DNA of 64,000 nucleotides. It comes from Felis catus (taxonomy: Eukaryota). Position 1 is the stretch's first letter. Every line of letters starts with the position of its first letter. The notes beneath the pieces were generated by a model. That model was not told the DNA's origin. It saw only the letters and a list, made by a program, of their open reading frames with translations, and did not search any database. The translations under genes were made by a program, and so were the position numbers. Below are positions 52,111 to 64,000 of the stretch, piece by piece. The stretch is taken from positions 232,130,001 through 232,194,000 of the forward strand of contig NC_058368.1 of assembly GCF_018350175.1 (NCBI RefSeq), given 5' to 3'.

Positions 52111-52727
52111 GAGTAAGAATCAAACTTGATCATTAGAATTTGTATAAAGATAAATGTTAAGGTGTGTCCGTGTCTGAAAGGGTATCATTTCTATCATCAA
52201 TGGGCTCAAACAAGAAGCTTTGAACATAACACTGTGAAGGGTAGATATGAAATTCAGTTGACAAACTATAGGACTCTTAAACTCTTCATGAGCTTGGCGA
52301 TGGAGTAAAGGTTTTGCCATAATTTTGTCCCTTCTGAATCCCTATTTTTAAGCTAATTATGAGACCAGGAAGGTGGAAGGCAGTGACCCCATCTCAACAC
52401 ACTCCGCTCTTCTATATGGATTCTCCAGCAACCCAGAAATGAGAAAATCAGAGTCGATTCTCACAGTTACATGGTCACCATAGTAACTGGAATTGCTAAA
52501 GCTAATTCAGGACACTAAGCTGATAGTTTCAGTTTTTATTTCAGTTTTCACAAATGAAAACCATCTTAAAGTTCTCGCTAAAAAAGCACATAAGTTATGT
52601 CGGTCATACTCCCGTGTACGAGTAAGATCAAAGAATTTTGTTGTCTTGTACACAAACAGGGTACCATGGCGCTCCTGTGTTCTGAATCGCATTGCATATT
52701 TTTCATCTCATTTTCTCCCACTCTTTC

Positions 52728-52973
52728 TTTTTTTGTACATTTATTTATTTATTTTTGAGAGAAAGAGAGAAAGCGCGCAGGCAGGGGAGGGACAGAGAGA
52801 CAGAGGGAGACACAGAGTCCAAAGCAGGCTCCAGGCTCTGAGTCTACCGTTCTTTGACCTTTGAGGTTGTCAGTGCAGAGCCCGACATGGGACAAAAAGC
52901 CAGGAACTGTGAGATCATAACCCGAGCCAAAGTCAGACAGACGCTCAACCTACTGAGCCACCCAGGCGCCCCC
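52728..52973 (-). mobile_element. CAN-SINE carrying a non-SINE insertion of about 25 nt
   Basis: TSD tcccactctttct. Extra sequence at about 52843-52867 lies inside the ctctgagctgtcag motif. Confidence 0.92.
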
Positions 52974-53337
52974 GTCCCACTCTTTCTGAAGAGCATGTCA
53001 CGATATACAAATAAACGAGTATATGTTGCTTTAAAAGTCTATTGCAAAAGTTGCTGCCCAGTTTTGATGGCATTAGCGTCCTGTGACTGGGTGCTGTGTT
53101 AACTCAGGATGCTTATGTGTGGAATCGCGCGGGCGATTCCTTGCCACTTAGGACTTGCGTACAGTGTTCTGTCCTTAGCACAGGTCACCGAGCTGCTCAT
53201 GGGGCTCTCGTTCGTCCCTTAGGAGCCAGGCATTGTCTGCACAAAAGCATGTGTCCTTGGAAAAAACACCGAGGAGGTAAGACATACAGAGATACCATAT
53301 GAATGTTCACGCTTTTCTTCTTCCCTCTTGTCTCCAG

Positions 53338-53623
53338 AACCAAACTTCGTGTCGTCTTACGACATCGGAAATTTCACCTACTTCTTTTTCCGAGAAAACG
53401 CCGTGGAGCACGACTGTGGGAAAACCGTGTTCTCCAGAGCTGCCCGGGTCTGCAAGAATGACATCGGGGGGCGGTTCCTACTGGAGGACACCTGGACCAC
53501 GTTCATGAAGGCTCGCCTGAACTGCTCCCGGCCCGGGGAGGTCCCCTTTTACTACAACGAGCTGCAGAGCACTTTCTTCCTGCCCGAGCTGGATCTGATC
53601 TATGGCGTCTTTACCACCAACGT
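53338..53623 (+). CDS. SEMA5A: Semaphorin-5A coding exon, 286 nt, phase 1/2: (E)PNFVSSYDIGNFTYFFFRENAVEHDCGKTVFSRAARVCKNDIGGRFLLEDTWTTFMKARLNCSRPGEVPFYYNELQSTFFLPELDLIYGVFTTN(V)
   Basis: tctccag|AA acceptor and AACGT|gtaagt donor. Contains the hallmark sema motifs YFFFRE, ARVCKNDxGG and WTTFMKARLNCS. Confidence 0.98.
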
Positions 53624-55234
53624 GTAAGTAACTGGAAGAAAATTCTTTCCCTGCTCCTCTGTCCACGGTGCATGCGTCTGCTGTTCTCTGACCTTTGAGA
53701 GGTTGGAAAGTTGCTTTAAAGGAAACCTTTCTTATTTTACTGGGCCAACGGCCAAAGAAATGTTTGAGTATGAATTAAATATTATGCAAATACAGTGTGA
53801 TTTCTGAGACTTGGTGTTCGGGAAATAAAGTGAAGCAAAAAGAGTTTCAATCTGTCCTTAGGTAATTGTAGCATCAAGTTACCCGACTGTAATTTTCTCC
53901 TTCCTGATTCACCAATGTGTTCTGGGCACTGTCTGAAATGCTGGTACATATTAGGCGCATTTTTTTTCCATATGCAGTTCCGCATTTGGGCACAATGAAG
54001 GCAGTGTTTTCTGGAGTCTGATCTTTGAGTAGTATATTTCGTGCCCACACCTCCGGTCATAAGTGAAATGCACATTGTCACTTTCCCGTAGCTGCATTTT
54101 CAACCGTTGTTCTAGGAGACGGCTAACCTGGGCAGGCTTTTCTAAAATGATGACTGTACTTTAAAAATATCCTTGAAAAAAAACGGTAACATCTTTTTGT
54201 TTTTCTTGTGGGAGGTGATACTCCTAGCTCCAGAACTGACAAATTTTGGATAAGGGAAAGCATGTGAAGTTTCCTGATCTTTCGTTCACTCTTACTCTGG
54301 TGGAGTTGTAGCGTGACCCACATCTATTTCCCATTCTTTGCTGGTGTGCAGTGAAAGATTCAACAGGATCGCATCCCGCCCCCAGGGGTGACAGATCCCC
54401 TTTTCATACTCAGACTCTGGGCCCCCTTTCAGTGGTAACCGTGGTCCGCAGTGTGGACTCTGCTTTGGACCATCTTTGAGTCTCTATTCTGGCAACTTAA
54501 CAATGCAGAAAAAATGGAATCAAGGCAGTTTGAAAGTGCTGATGAAGAGTGTGGGATGACGAGCCATCCTGGCTTGTCTGGGATCGTCCCAGCTTCGGCA
54601 TCTAGACGAGTCCTGCATCCCAGGGAAACCCCAGGGTCCTGGGAGAATCGAGGATGCCTACCCGGGAGTTGCTGTAGAACCACTTGATCTGTTCCTTCCT
54701 TCCATGGTACTCTTTCCCTCTGTCCTCTGCCCTGCTGAGCTTAAGTGTTAACAGTCACTCGATAATAACGTTTACTCCGTGAAGAGTCTTCTTTCTGACA
54801 TGAAGTTAGAAGAAGCCTGAAATGGATGGCGCCCCACCCACCCCCACCCCACCATGACCACCTTCATTGTAAATCTGGTTTTCAACCCCAGAGCTTATTT
54901 TCCCTCCTTGATACGTTTCTTTTAAAAAATCAATTTATAGTTTCTGAAGCTGATTTGCTTTCCAAAACCCGGCTTAAGAAATCGCGTCGGCTGCACAAGA
55001 TGAATGTTCAGTTGCTGACTTGACATCAATTTTACACACAATGGGAGCTGGGCTTACTTAGCTGTTCATTCCCCTGGCTCTGGGCAAAGACAATTTAAAA
55101 AGTTATGGAAATACTGCGTCTGGACTGTTCAATGGTCAATTTGGACACTCGCAAAAATAAGTTTCAGACTATTCCAGATGATTTGTTTAGTGTTGCAAGT
55201 GTCCCATCATATTGGACATCACCCAGTATATAGC

Positions 55235-55243
55235 ATCTATCTA

Positions 55244-55287
<44 letters not shown>

Positions 55288-55458
55288 ATCTATTATCTAC
55301 TATTATCTATCTATCTATGTATCTATCTATGTATCTATCTATGTATCTATCTATCCATTTATCTATCTATCCATCATCTATCTGTCTATCTATCATCTAC
55401 TATCAATCAATCAATCAATCAATCAATCACTCTATCTATCATCTATGTGTCTATCTAC

Positions 55459-55491
<33 letters not shown>

Positions 55492-55505
55492 ATTTATCCA
55501 TCTAT
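55235..55505 (+). repeat. (TCTA)n [GATA-type] compound tetranucleotide microsatellite with (TCAA)n
   Basis: Seen directly. It is the source of the spurious SIYL-repeat ORFs. Confidence 0.95.
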
Positions 55506-56783
55506 ATTAGAGATAGAATCGCTAGATCTTTCCTTTCTGTCTCGAACACTTACTCTCACCAGGTCTTGGGAAGAACTTTCAGATCCATCCATTTCTAGTT
55601 CCACCATACGCCCCACCTCTCTTCCTTCTCATGTCTCAGCCTTGATCTTACCTTCTGGACAGATGACCACATTCTTGACAAGACTTGCTCCAAACCAAAG
55701 GAAATGATGACGGGAGGCAGCCAGCAGTGGATGAGTACATCACGCTGTGGCTCAGCTCTCTGGTGGGCGTTGCTGCTCATCGTTTGCTTTGCCTCTGTAT
55801 ATTCATCAAGGTCTCTTAGCACTGGGGAGTGGGGATGAAGGTCGCTCCCCTCGCTCATTCTGCCCTAGGACTGGGTGGTTTTCTCACCCCCTGGCCACGA
55901 GCTGGGCTGCAGGAAATGGCCTACTTACTACCGCGTGGAGTCGCTGAAGGTTTTACCATCGTGTTCCCGGGTGTCCAAAAATGGTGGCTCACAGACAGCA
56001 AAAACGCGAGCCGTGCTCGAAAAAAGCAGATTTCTTTAACCAGACCATATTTTGCTGTTTCCACAGTTAGCAAAAGGGCGCCGGACTCCTGAGAGCCTCT
56101 CATTTACAGCTGTCTCAGCAGAGCCCGAACTCTGATTTAAGGTTTCGAGATTTCCTACGTCAGTGCCATGTCCAATTTTTCTCTCTGACCCTTCGGACTT
56201 AAAATGCTTTTCGAATTAAAAAATATGTACATAAATGAAGGCTCTCTGACAGGGACTTTTTGCAAAATGCTTTCGGTTGATTATTTTTGAAAGGCTTGCA
56301 AACAGACACCGCTCTCTGGGGATCTAACAAAAAGAAGCGGCAGCCACAGTTTGCCCGCCGCCGTCTGAAAGAACCAGATGAACAGTTGGGACAAGAGCCA
56401 CCCGGACCGTTGAGAGGCTCCAGCCCCCGGAGGAGAACGTCTTTTTCCTCCTGTTTTTAAAAGGCCTGACATACGGCTCTTCACAACCCTCTGTCCTCTT
56501 GTTGCGGCTGAGTGAATTAATCCCATCCGGCAGGATTAGAAGTGTCATAACCGCTAAATAGTCTTGTTTCTGCACCCAAGTGTTTGTTCTTCCACAAGGA
56601 GACCACAGAGTGACATCAGTCACTGCTTTGGCTTCATCCCTGTGTGTGTGTGTGGGGGGGAGGGGGGGGACTTAGGACACTGTGATCCTGAGGTTCTCCG
56701 GAAGGTGCCTGCGCTAGGGGTCCCCGCAGGACTCTGACTTGCCCCCCTTCCTCTCTCTTCCCTCCCCCTCCCCCTCCCCCCAG

Positions 56784-56919
56784 GAACAGCATCGCTGCCT
56801 CGGCCGTGTGTGTCTTCAACCTGAGTGCCATCTCCCAGGCCTTCAACGGGCCCTTCAAGTACCAGGAGAACTCACGCTCCGCCTGGCTGCCGTATCCCAA
56901 CCCCAACCCCAACTTCCAG
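56784..56919 (+). CDS. SEMA5A: Semaphorin-5A coding exon, 136 nt, phase 2/0: NSIAASAVCVFNLSAISQAFNGPFKYQENSRSAWLPYPNPNPNFQ
   Basis: cccccag|G acceptor and CAG|gtaatt donor. Contains the sema motifs SAVC and FNGPFK. The phase completes the GT|G Val codon from the previous exon. Confidence 0.96.
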
Positions 56920-57512
56920 GTAATTTCAGGGGGGTGGGGAAGGCACTCATTCCTCTTGTGTAGACAGCCTGGGACAGTGTAAAGCACAACGCAGCTGGTG
57001 TCTCCCCTGACCCTCGCGGACGTGCCCACGCTCAGCCTGGCTCACGGAATATGGCCGAGGCCTTTTGTCCGCTGAGGTGCCCCGGGCCGAAAAGGGGCCT
57101 TTTGTCAGCTGGGACGCCGAGGCTGAGCTGAAAAAGGCCAGAATAAAGCAGCAGGCTGGGAAGCCAAGCTTCAATTAGTGCTAATGATGGTGGACCCTGT
57201 GTCCCCAGAAGCTCTGATCCCTAATGAATGACGCCGTAGTGAATGGAGCCCAGGGCACAGAGCAGTGGAGACGCACAAACAGAATTAGAGCACTAATTGG
57301 TGGACGTGGGGAGATTTCCTGTAGGGGTGAGTGGGACGTGATGGTGCAGCTGGGGGAAGCAGAGCAGGTGGTGGCCATTAGCTCACGAATCACAAAATTG
57401 CAGGATGTTTGAGCTATAAGGGGCTCCACGTCATTTTCTCTCATCTTCCGATGTTCAGAAGAAGCCGGGACCAAAAGAAATGTGATTTCCTCATGTCTGG
57501 TCCATCAGCAGG

Positions 57513-57870
57513 TGTATTAGTCTGCTCAGGCAGCCATCACAAAATACCACTGACTGGGCGGCGTGAATGACAGACGTATGTTTCGTCACAGTTCTGGAGG
57601 CTGAAAGTCCAAGATTAAGGTTCTGGCTGATTCAGTTTCTGGTGAATCGCTTCCTCTCTTAAAAATGGCCACCTTCTGACTGTGTCCTCACGTAGCCTTT
57701 CCTCAGTGACTGGGGAGAGACCCTAATCCTGTGGGATCAAGGCCCCACCCTTGTGAACCCACTGAACCTTAATTACTCCCTTCCAGGCCCCGTCTCCAAA
57801 GACAGCCACCTTGAGGGTTGGGGGTTCAACATATGCATTTGGGGGAGACACGAACATTCAGACCGCAGCA
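57513..57870 (-). mobile_element. MaLR solo LTR (MLT1A-like), complete
   Basis: TG...CA termini (tgtattagtctgctcagg ... attcagaccgcagca) with a perfect 5-bp TSD gcagg (57508-57512 and 57871-57875). Confidence 0.9.
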
Positions 57871-59449
57871 GCAGGCTTCCCTCTAGGGCCCCCCTTCTGA
57901 CACGGATGCTCATACGATCGTTGTCGTCGTTCATCGTGCGTGTAATTTTTAGTACCGCCACGTTCAAGACTCTGTGCTCATCATGTTGCCCGCTGGCAAC
58001 GGTGTTGGGATCAGTGACAAATTCTCCTGCAGACAGAGAGGGGTGCCGAGCCTCCGTACAGAGATTCAGTCAGGCCAAGGACACTGGCTGATCAGTCGCT
58101 GAGCTGAGATCTCAACGCCAGTCCTCAGATGCAAAGTCCCACCCTCTTCTGGCTAAAAGACCCTTAGTTACGGTAACTAATCCGAGTTAGAACTGGGTTC
58201 TGTACCCAGGCGTCCACGTTCTGGTTGGTTGATCATCCCAACACCTAAAACTTTTGGCTTTTGAGAAAACTAGGAGTACAGAAAGGGTTCGATTATTTTA
58301 TACCTTCCTTGGACTTTGGCAGGGACCGTTCAATTGTAACTGTTTTGAAAGAATTTTTTTAAATTAAATTTTTGGTAATTTAAGAGCATGGGATTGGGGA
58401 CAGATGGGTGGTTTTTACAACCTCTTTCCCGTTTTGCTGCTTTACTGGGGCATTCTGTTAGCATCTTCTGTCTCTCGTTCTCATCAATAAGATGAGGAAA
58501 GTGGGATACGAAGGCACAGGAATATTTTAGGAATAAACTTTGGTAATATTGATTAATGTGTCTTGCTGACTGTAGAATGTAGTTGGAGAAGGTGACTCTT
58601 AGGGACCATTCACTGGGCGCCTTCTGGGATCCCACATTGTGTCAATGCTTTATATACCTGCCCTGCTGTCTCCTCTTCCCAGCTCTGTAAGGTAGGCATC
58701 GTCATCCATGCTTTAGAAGTCAGGAAACCGAGTAACCAATTTATATGTATTACCCTAGCCCCGCTACTCAGAAAATTCAGTACTGGTTCAGTACAAAGAG
58801 ATTCATATCACAGGTCAAGCGGCTAACAGCTTAGTGGGAACCAAACCTGAAGTGACCACGGCTCCTCATGGCATAGACAGTTTATGTCATTATTAACTGA
58901 ACATTGATGCTTTGCCCCTTTGTTGAGTCTCCATCTGAATTTCTCCCTGTCCTCAGATGATGGGGTACAGCGTAACTGTTTAAGAAGGCCCTCCGTAAAA
59001 TCCTGAAGGTGGAATATATCATTGCTCTTAAGAAGGTGCTTTGTAAAGTGCTGAAGGTGAAAAACAATTAATGAAGATGCTCCCTTTATTTACAGTGTAC
59101 TCTTAATGCCTTGATGTTTCTATTGCAAAAGTCTTCATAATGAACAGTGACTTAATAAACCCCTGATGCCTTACCACCTCCAGGCAGTGGATAACTTTTA
59201 GCCCTTTTGTCTGAACATATTTGTAGCACACAGCAAAATCTCTCATTTCCTAAGGCCACGGGCCTCTGGTTTTATAATGCCAGTGTCACACGGAGAGGCT
59301 TACTCACGTTTATGAGATGGGAGTAGGTTCATGCCATATAACAAATGAAGCTTGCACAAATGTGACATGCATTTCAGGCAGGAAGCTTGCTTAGCTGGGC
59401 TTAACTTGTTAGGGTAGAATTTAAGATTTACAGGGAACTAAAATTTAAA

Positions 59450-59659
59450 TTTTTTTTTAATGTTTATTTATTTTTGAGACAGAGAGACAGAGCATGAACG
59501 GGGGAGGGGCAGAGAGAGAGGGAGACACAGAATCCGAAACAGGCTCCAGGCTCTGAGCTGTCAGCACAGAGCCCGACACGGGGCTCGAACTCGTCAACCG
59601 CGAGATCGTGACCTGAGCCGAAGTCAGACGCTCAACCGACAGAGCCACCCAGGCGCCCC
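59450..59659 (-). mobile_element. CAN-SINE (CpG-rich, young)
   Basis: Full SINE with TSD-like gggaact(a/c)aaattt(t)aaat. Confidence 0.94.
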
Positions 59660-60907
59660 AGGGGAACTCAAATTTTAAATGGTGACAATTCCTTGTATAT
59701 TTTCTGGTACAAAAATGTACCAATGGTTTTCTTTTGGTTTATCGTATTTGATAACCATGATAGCATTGGCATCCTTACTGATATTCATGAGACCATGTAG
59801 CTGGCACAGGGTGGGAATACATTTTGAATTAAGGATCCTTCCACTAGTCGTTATGTTTGCAGTAACCAACAGCGAGAAGTGGTTCAATTTTTCCCATTCT
59901 TGTTTGCCTAGTGACATTTGGAATTTTATGCAGCATTTATAATAAGAACTAGCAAGTTAGTTGGAGGAACAGAAATGTGATTCAGGTTCAGGAAGAAGAA
60001 TGGGTCGGGAAGGACAGTGCCTCATTTTGCAAGATGTAATACAGAAACCTCAATTGAGAACAATAACAAAACAGCAAAAGATAGCGTTTTTATAGTTGCA
60101 ATCTAGAAACCACTGTAAGTAGTTCTATGGAAGCCTACCCCGTTAGAGCCTGCGGTCCAAGTCATCTTGGCCCTGAACTTCACTAGGAAAACAGCATTGG
60201 TCGGTAACAGGAAACACCATCCAGACCCAGTGGACAGACTCCGCAATTTTCTGTGCGTTTTTGACAACCACCAATCAGAAATGATGGAGCCAAAATGGAA
60301 AACAGACCCTTAAGTGGTCAGACAGATGAGGAGGTCATTCTTGGGCCAAGTGAAGGGGTTGACCAGGTCCTCGGGACCCTGTGATAACACAGCGCACGTT
60401 TGCAGTAAGATGGGAAGAAGAGAGCCAATCAGATCGGGCACTCTGAGCACGAGGCCGGGTGATTGTGGAGCTGCACAAAACTCCAGCAAACTGGAAAGAG
60501 GATGGGATCTATTGTCTCTGCAACAAACAAAAATGCAAGTATTATAGCATTAAAAAAAATTAGTCGAATGACTGTCTTTATTACTTTCAGAAGTGGTAGC
60601 AAGACAACCATTGTGGTTTGTAACCCACTTGAGGACCGTGACATTTGTCTTGTTACCCTCTTGCACGGAGTCCCCAAGGTGTCACAGAGACACCTGCGGG
60701 AACCCAGTGTGTGAGGCACAGCTAGAGAATTTGCAGCGCATTAGAGAGCTAGATGGGTTACTTACGACCCAATAAATATATACTGTAAATCGAAATAGCT
60801 TTCAAAATATGAGAAAGAATCCTTGGGTGAGATATTTATTATAGGCTGGAAAAATAAACCAAGACGTCGTAGAGCAGAGTTCAAAATTAGTTCCTGGCCA
60901 ACGATGT

Positions 60908-61650
60908 TGTTACCCAGTTCCGATGTGTGGTAGTTTTTCCCGTACCGTGAAGTAATTTCCCAGCACCGTCTGGGTGTCCTACCATTCAACTCAATTCGGA
61001 CACTATTTACCAGGAGAGAGCATCGGATCTCACAGGTACAAGGGTCAGCTCTACAGGCCTTCTGCCCCACCTCTTGCCACTTCAGGTGCTGATCTGAAGT
61101 CCAGTTCCTCACCTGTGCTTCGGAACCTCTGGTTACCAATGGAAAATTCCAATGATCGCTGCCCTGGGTTCCATTACTTTGCTAGTGGGGCTCACAGAAC
61201 TCAGAGAAACATTTTATTGACTAGATTACTGGTTTGTTATGAAACGACCTAACTCTGGAGGCGATACACCAGGCCAGGTCTCCGTGCCCTCTCTGAGCCC
61301 TAAATCTCCACATGTTCACCAACCCAGAAACCATCTGAACCCTGTCCCTTTTGGGGTTTTATGGAGGCTTCCTTACATAGGCAAGATTGATCGAATCATT
61401 CGTTATTGGTGATTGAACTCCATCTCCAGCCCCTCTCCCCTCCCTGGAGGTCAGGGGTGGGCTGAAAGTTCCCTATCTTCTAATTATGTGATTGGGTCTC
61501 TAGCCAACTGGCCCAGAGGTGCCTCGTTAACATGACAAAAGGCACCTTTACTGCTCTTGACACTTAAAAAATTCCCATGGTTTTGGGAGCTGTGTGTCAG
61601 AAAGAGGACAAAAACCAAATATGTATTTCTTACGAGTCACAATATCAAAA
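60908..61650 (-). mobile_element. MER21-like solo LTR
   Basis: ctgggtgtcctaccattcaactcaattc.gacactatttacc.ggaga...ttgctag..gggctcacagaactcagagaaac...ttttatggaggcttc.ttacataggca...accaaatatgtatttctt..cacaatatc. Confidence 0.78.
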
Positions 61651-62269
61651 TGGCAGTTCAGGTTGATGACTTAAGATATGGGATCCACGGTAAAAAAAAA
61701 AAATGATAAGGGGAGGTCAGTGGTCCTACTACCCAGCTCTAGTCCAAGGAGGCCCCCAGGCTCTTGCAGACCCCCAGATTCCTCGAGGGCAGCACAAGGC
61801 CCTCAGTTTTGTGTTATGACTCCTGATTTCTGCGATGCATTAAGAAACAACAACAACAACAACAAAAACCACACACTGTGCCTAAGACACAAAACCTGTG
61901 TGTTAAACTTCACCCAACAAGTAGGTAACTAAGTGCCACCTATGCTTAAGCACCGTCATCGGTTTCAGGAAGAGCAATCTGGCAAACACAAAGTCACTCT
62001 CAGAGCCAGAGCTCACCTGAGTAGACCTCAGACGGAGTCTGGGAGAGTACTTTCATTTGGTAACACATTTGTTAACAGGCAACGTCCCTGTCCCTTGAGT
62101 GCTACTGTTAAATATGACGACGATGTGAAATCTCCTAGCACAGCTCCCTGTCCCATGAGCAGCTGCCTGTGTATTCACCCATTGATTCCTTCCTTTACTT
62201 ATTCATGCGTTTCCCTCTGGCCACTGAAGCCCAGGGCACCATAGAATTGCTGTCCGACTACAAGACAGA

Positions 62270-62520
62270 TTTGCCATTGGTTGAATGGCTTCTCTGTGCC
62301 AGGCACACTGTTTTGTTCCTTGGCATCTACAGGCACTTTCAATTAATTTACAAATGCCTTCCACTGATGATCTCAGCTGGCCTCACAACTGCCCTGGGAA
62401 GTGAATAGAGCGAGTGTTTTTCTAGCTACTTTATAGGTAGAGACAGAAGCTGAGAAGCAGCGTCTTACTTGAGACCGAATGGCTCCTGGGGCAGCAGCGT
62501 GGAGCCTTCACCTGGCCGTG
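62270..62520 (-). mobile_element. MIR fragment
   Basis: ccattggttgaatggcttctctgtgccaggcac...cctcacaactgccctgggaag...ttttataggtagaga. Confidence 0.6.
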
Positions 62521-62691
62521 ATCCCATCACCTGTGGACCCATCGCCTGGCTGCCCCTGCAAGGAAATGGGACATTGCACATTGGACAAGACTCGAGATCC
62601 ATTTCTGACACTCTCTAATTTTACAACCGGCTTATCATTTTACAGCATGTAGGGCATTTTTATCAAGTGCTACAAAAAACTATCACCTATT

Positions 62692-62892
62692 TTTATTTTA
62701 TTTTTTCTTTTTCTTTCTTAAGACAGAGCATGGGTGGGGGAGGAGCAGAGAGAGGGAGACACAGAATCGGAAGCAGGCTCCAGGCGCTGAGCTGTCAGCG
62801 CAGAGCCCGACGCGGGGCTTGAACCCACGGACTGTGAGATCGTGACCTGGCTGAAGTCGGACACTTAACCGACTGAGCCACCCAGGCGCCCC
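62692..62892 (-). mobile_element. CAN-SINE
   Basis: Full SINE ending gagccacccaggcgcccc, with TSD-like a(c/t)ctattttt. Confidence 0.93.
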
Positions 62893-63968
62893 CATCTATT
62901 TTTAAAAAGCAGTTTCCATCTTACACTTTTCCCCCTGTAACCTGTGATAAAACCAAGTATTAGAAATGGCGCGTTATAAACGGCAGTCTCAGATGGTGTG
63001 GACATGGAATCTGTTTCCATCAAACTTGCTTATGGGAAATTCTGCTGGGGGTTAGTCTTTGTTGGCCCCAGGATTCAAGCTTCGGAAAGAGTTGAGAAAG
63101 ATCGGTGGGGCCTCTCTGATTGTGTGCTCTGCCCCAGGAAAGCTTTTCCCCCTTTCCCACCCCGCTGTCTGCCTTATCCTTGCCCCAAACCATCCTGCAC
63201 AGGTCCCTGCCCGTCTCTCCACAGCCCAGCTCTGGATTCCCTTCTCAGCATTGCCGGGCCTGATTTTTCCCCCCTTTTATATACCAGATTCATGGTCATG
63301 GTGGCTCCTCTGTCTCAACATCTCTTTCCTTCCCTTCTTCTTCCTGGCTTCTTCCTTTACCCTCCTCTTTCCACTTCTCCCTTCCTCCCTCCCTCTGGCT
63401 TAGAGAATGAGCACAAGGCAATAAAGCCACCAGTACCTTGTACCCATGTGAAATTTACTGGAATAATATTACTTAATTGACAGATTAAAATGGCCTAATT
63501 CTATCTCTGTGGAATCCATATCTTGCTTATAGACCCACCGTTCCAGTAGGGATAGTAATAGATCTATATGATGTTCTTGACCGCTGCATTTTCAATTTTG
63601 GCACCTGATTTACAGGCAGATATAGTAGTGTGCACTTGGCCAGACAGCTTCTATGTAACTTCAACACGTGATGGGGAGTTTTCATTCCTATGCATTCAGA
63701 TTAAAGTCAGCACTGATTTCTACCGGATTAATTTTTAAGATCTGATCATATATTTCTGTAATGGAGTTGAGAGACTCCCCAGATGTGATGAGTTTAAATC
63801 TAGAATGGGAGGGCCCAAAGGAGGGGGGACCTTGGAGAGAGCAGAGAAGCACACATGTTTGCACACTGACGATCTTAACCTTCCGAGTCCCCCTCCCGCC
63901 GGGGTGGCCAGGATCAGCTGTGCGTGTCCAGGTGGCCGGTCCCCATAACGGCCTGTTTTTCCTTGCAG

Positions 63969-64000
63969 TGTGGCACGGTGGACCAGGGCCTGTACATGAA
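63969..64000 (+). CDS. SEMA5A: Start of the next semaphorin-5A exon, truncated by the window edge: CGTVDQGLYM...
   Basis: gtttttccttgcag|TGT acceptor. The peptide continues the recalled SEMA5A sequence (...FQ|CGTVDQGLY). Confidence 0.92.

Noticed and set aside
55178..55707. Hydrophobic SIYL-repeat ORFs
   Set aside because: They are translations of the (TCTA)n microsatellite.
4610..61650. Single provirus bounded by the two MER21-like LTRs
   Set aside because: The LTRs are too far apart and too diverged, and the interior holds SEMA5A exons with no retroviral ORFs.

Overview
This is mammalian genomic DNA, almost certainly from a cat-family (felid) genome, judged from about 20 carnivore tRNA-derived CAN-SINEs of SINEC_Fc type and a feline-type L1 3' end. 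The window lies inside the semaphorin-5A gene (SEMA5A, + strand). Six coding exons of the sema domain are present: 23668-23730, 34097-34195, 35628-35841, 53338-53623, 56784-56919 and 63969 to the window edge. All have AG/GT boundaries and compatible phases, giving an open, stop-free frame. The rest is intron: CAN-SINEs, MIR, L2, L3/CR1, MaLR (MLT1) and MER21-like solo LTRs, MER20 and Tigger7/MER44 DNA-transposon relics, microsatellites and a perfect 34-bp minisatellite. Nearly all ORFs in the track are spurious. I found no evidence of a new biological system. The best second-look items are small: an apparent locally templated insertion inside a SINE, a homogeneous VNTR, an ultra-truncated L1, a SINE orientation bias with inverted pairs, and some candidate regulatory motif clusters. 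Repeat-family names and human protein comparisons come from recalled consensus sequences, not searches, and repeat boundaries are approximate.
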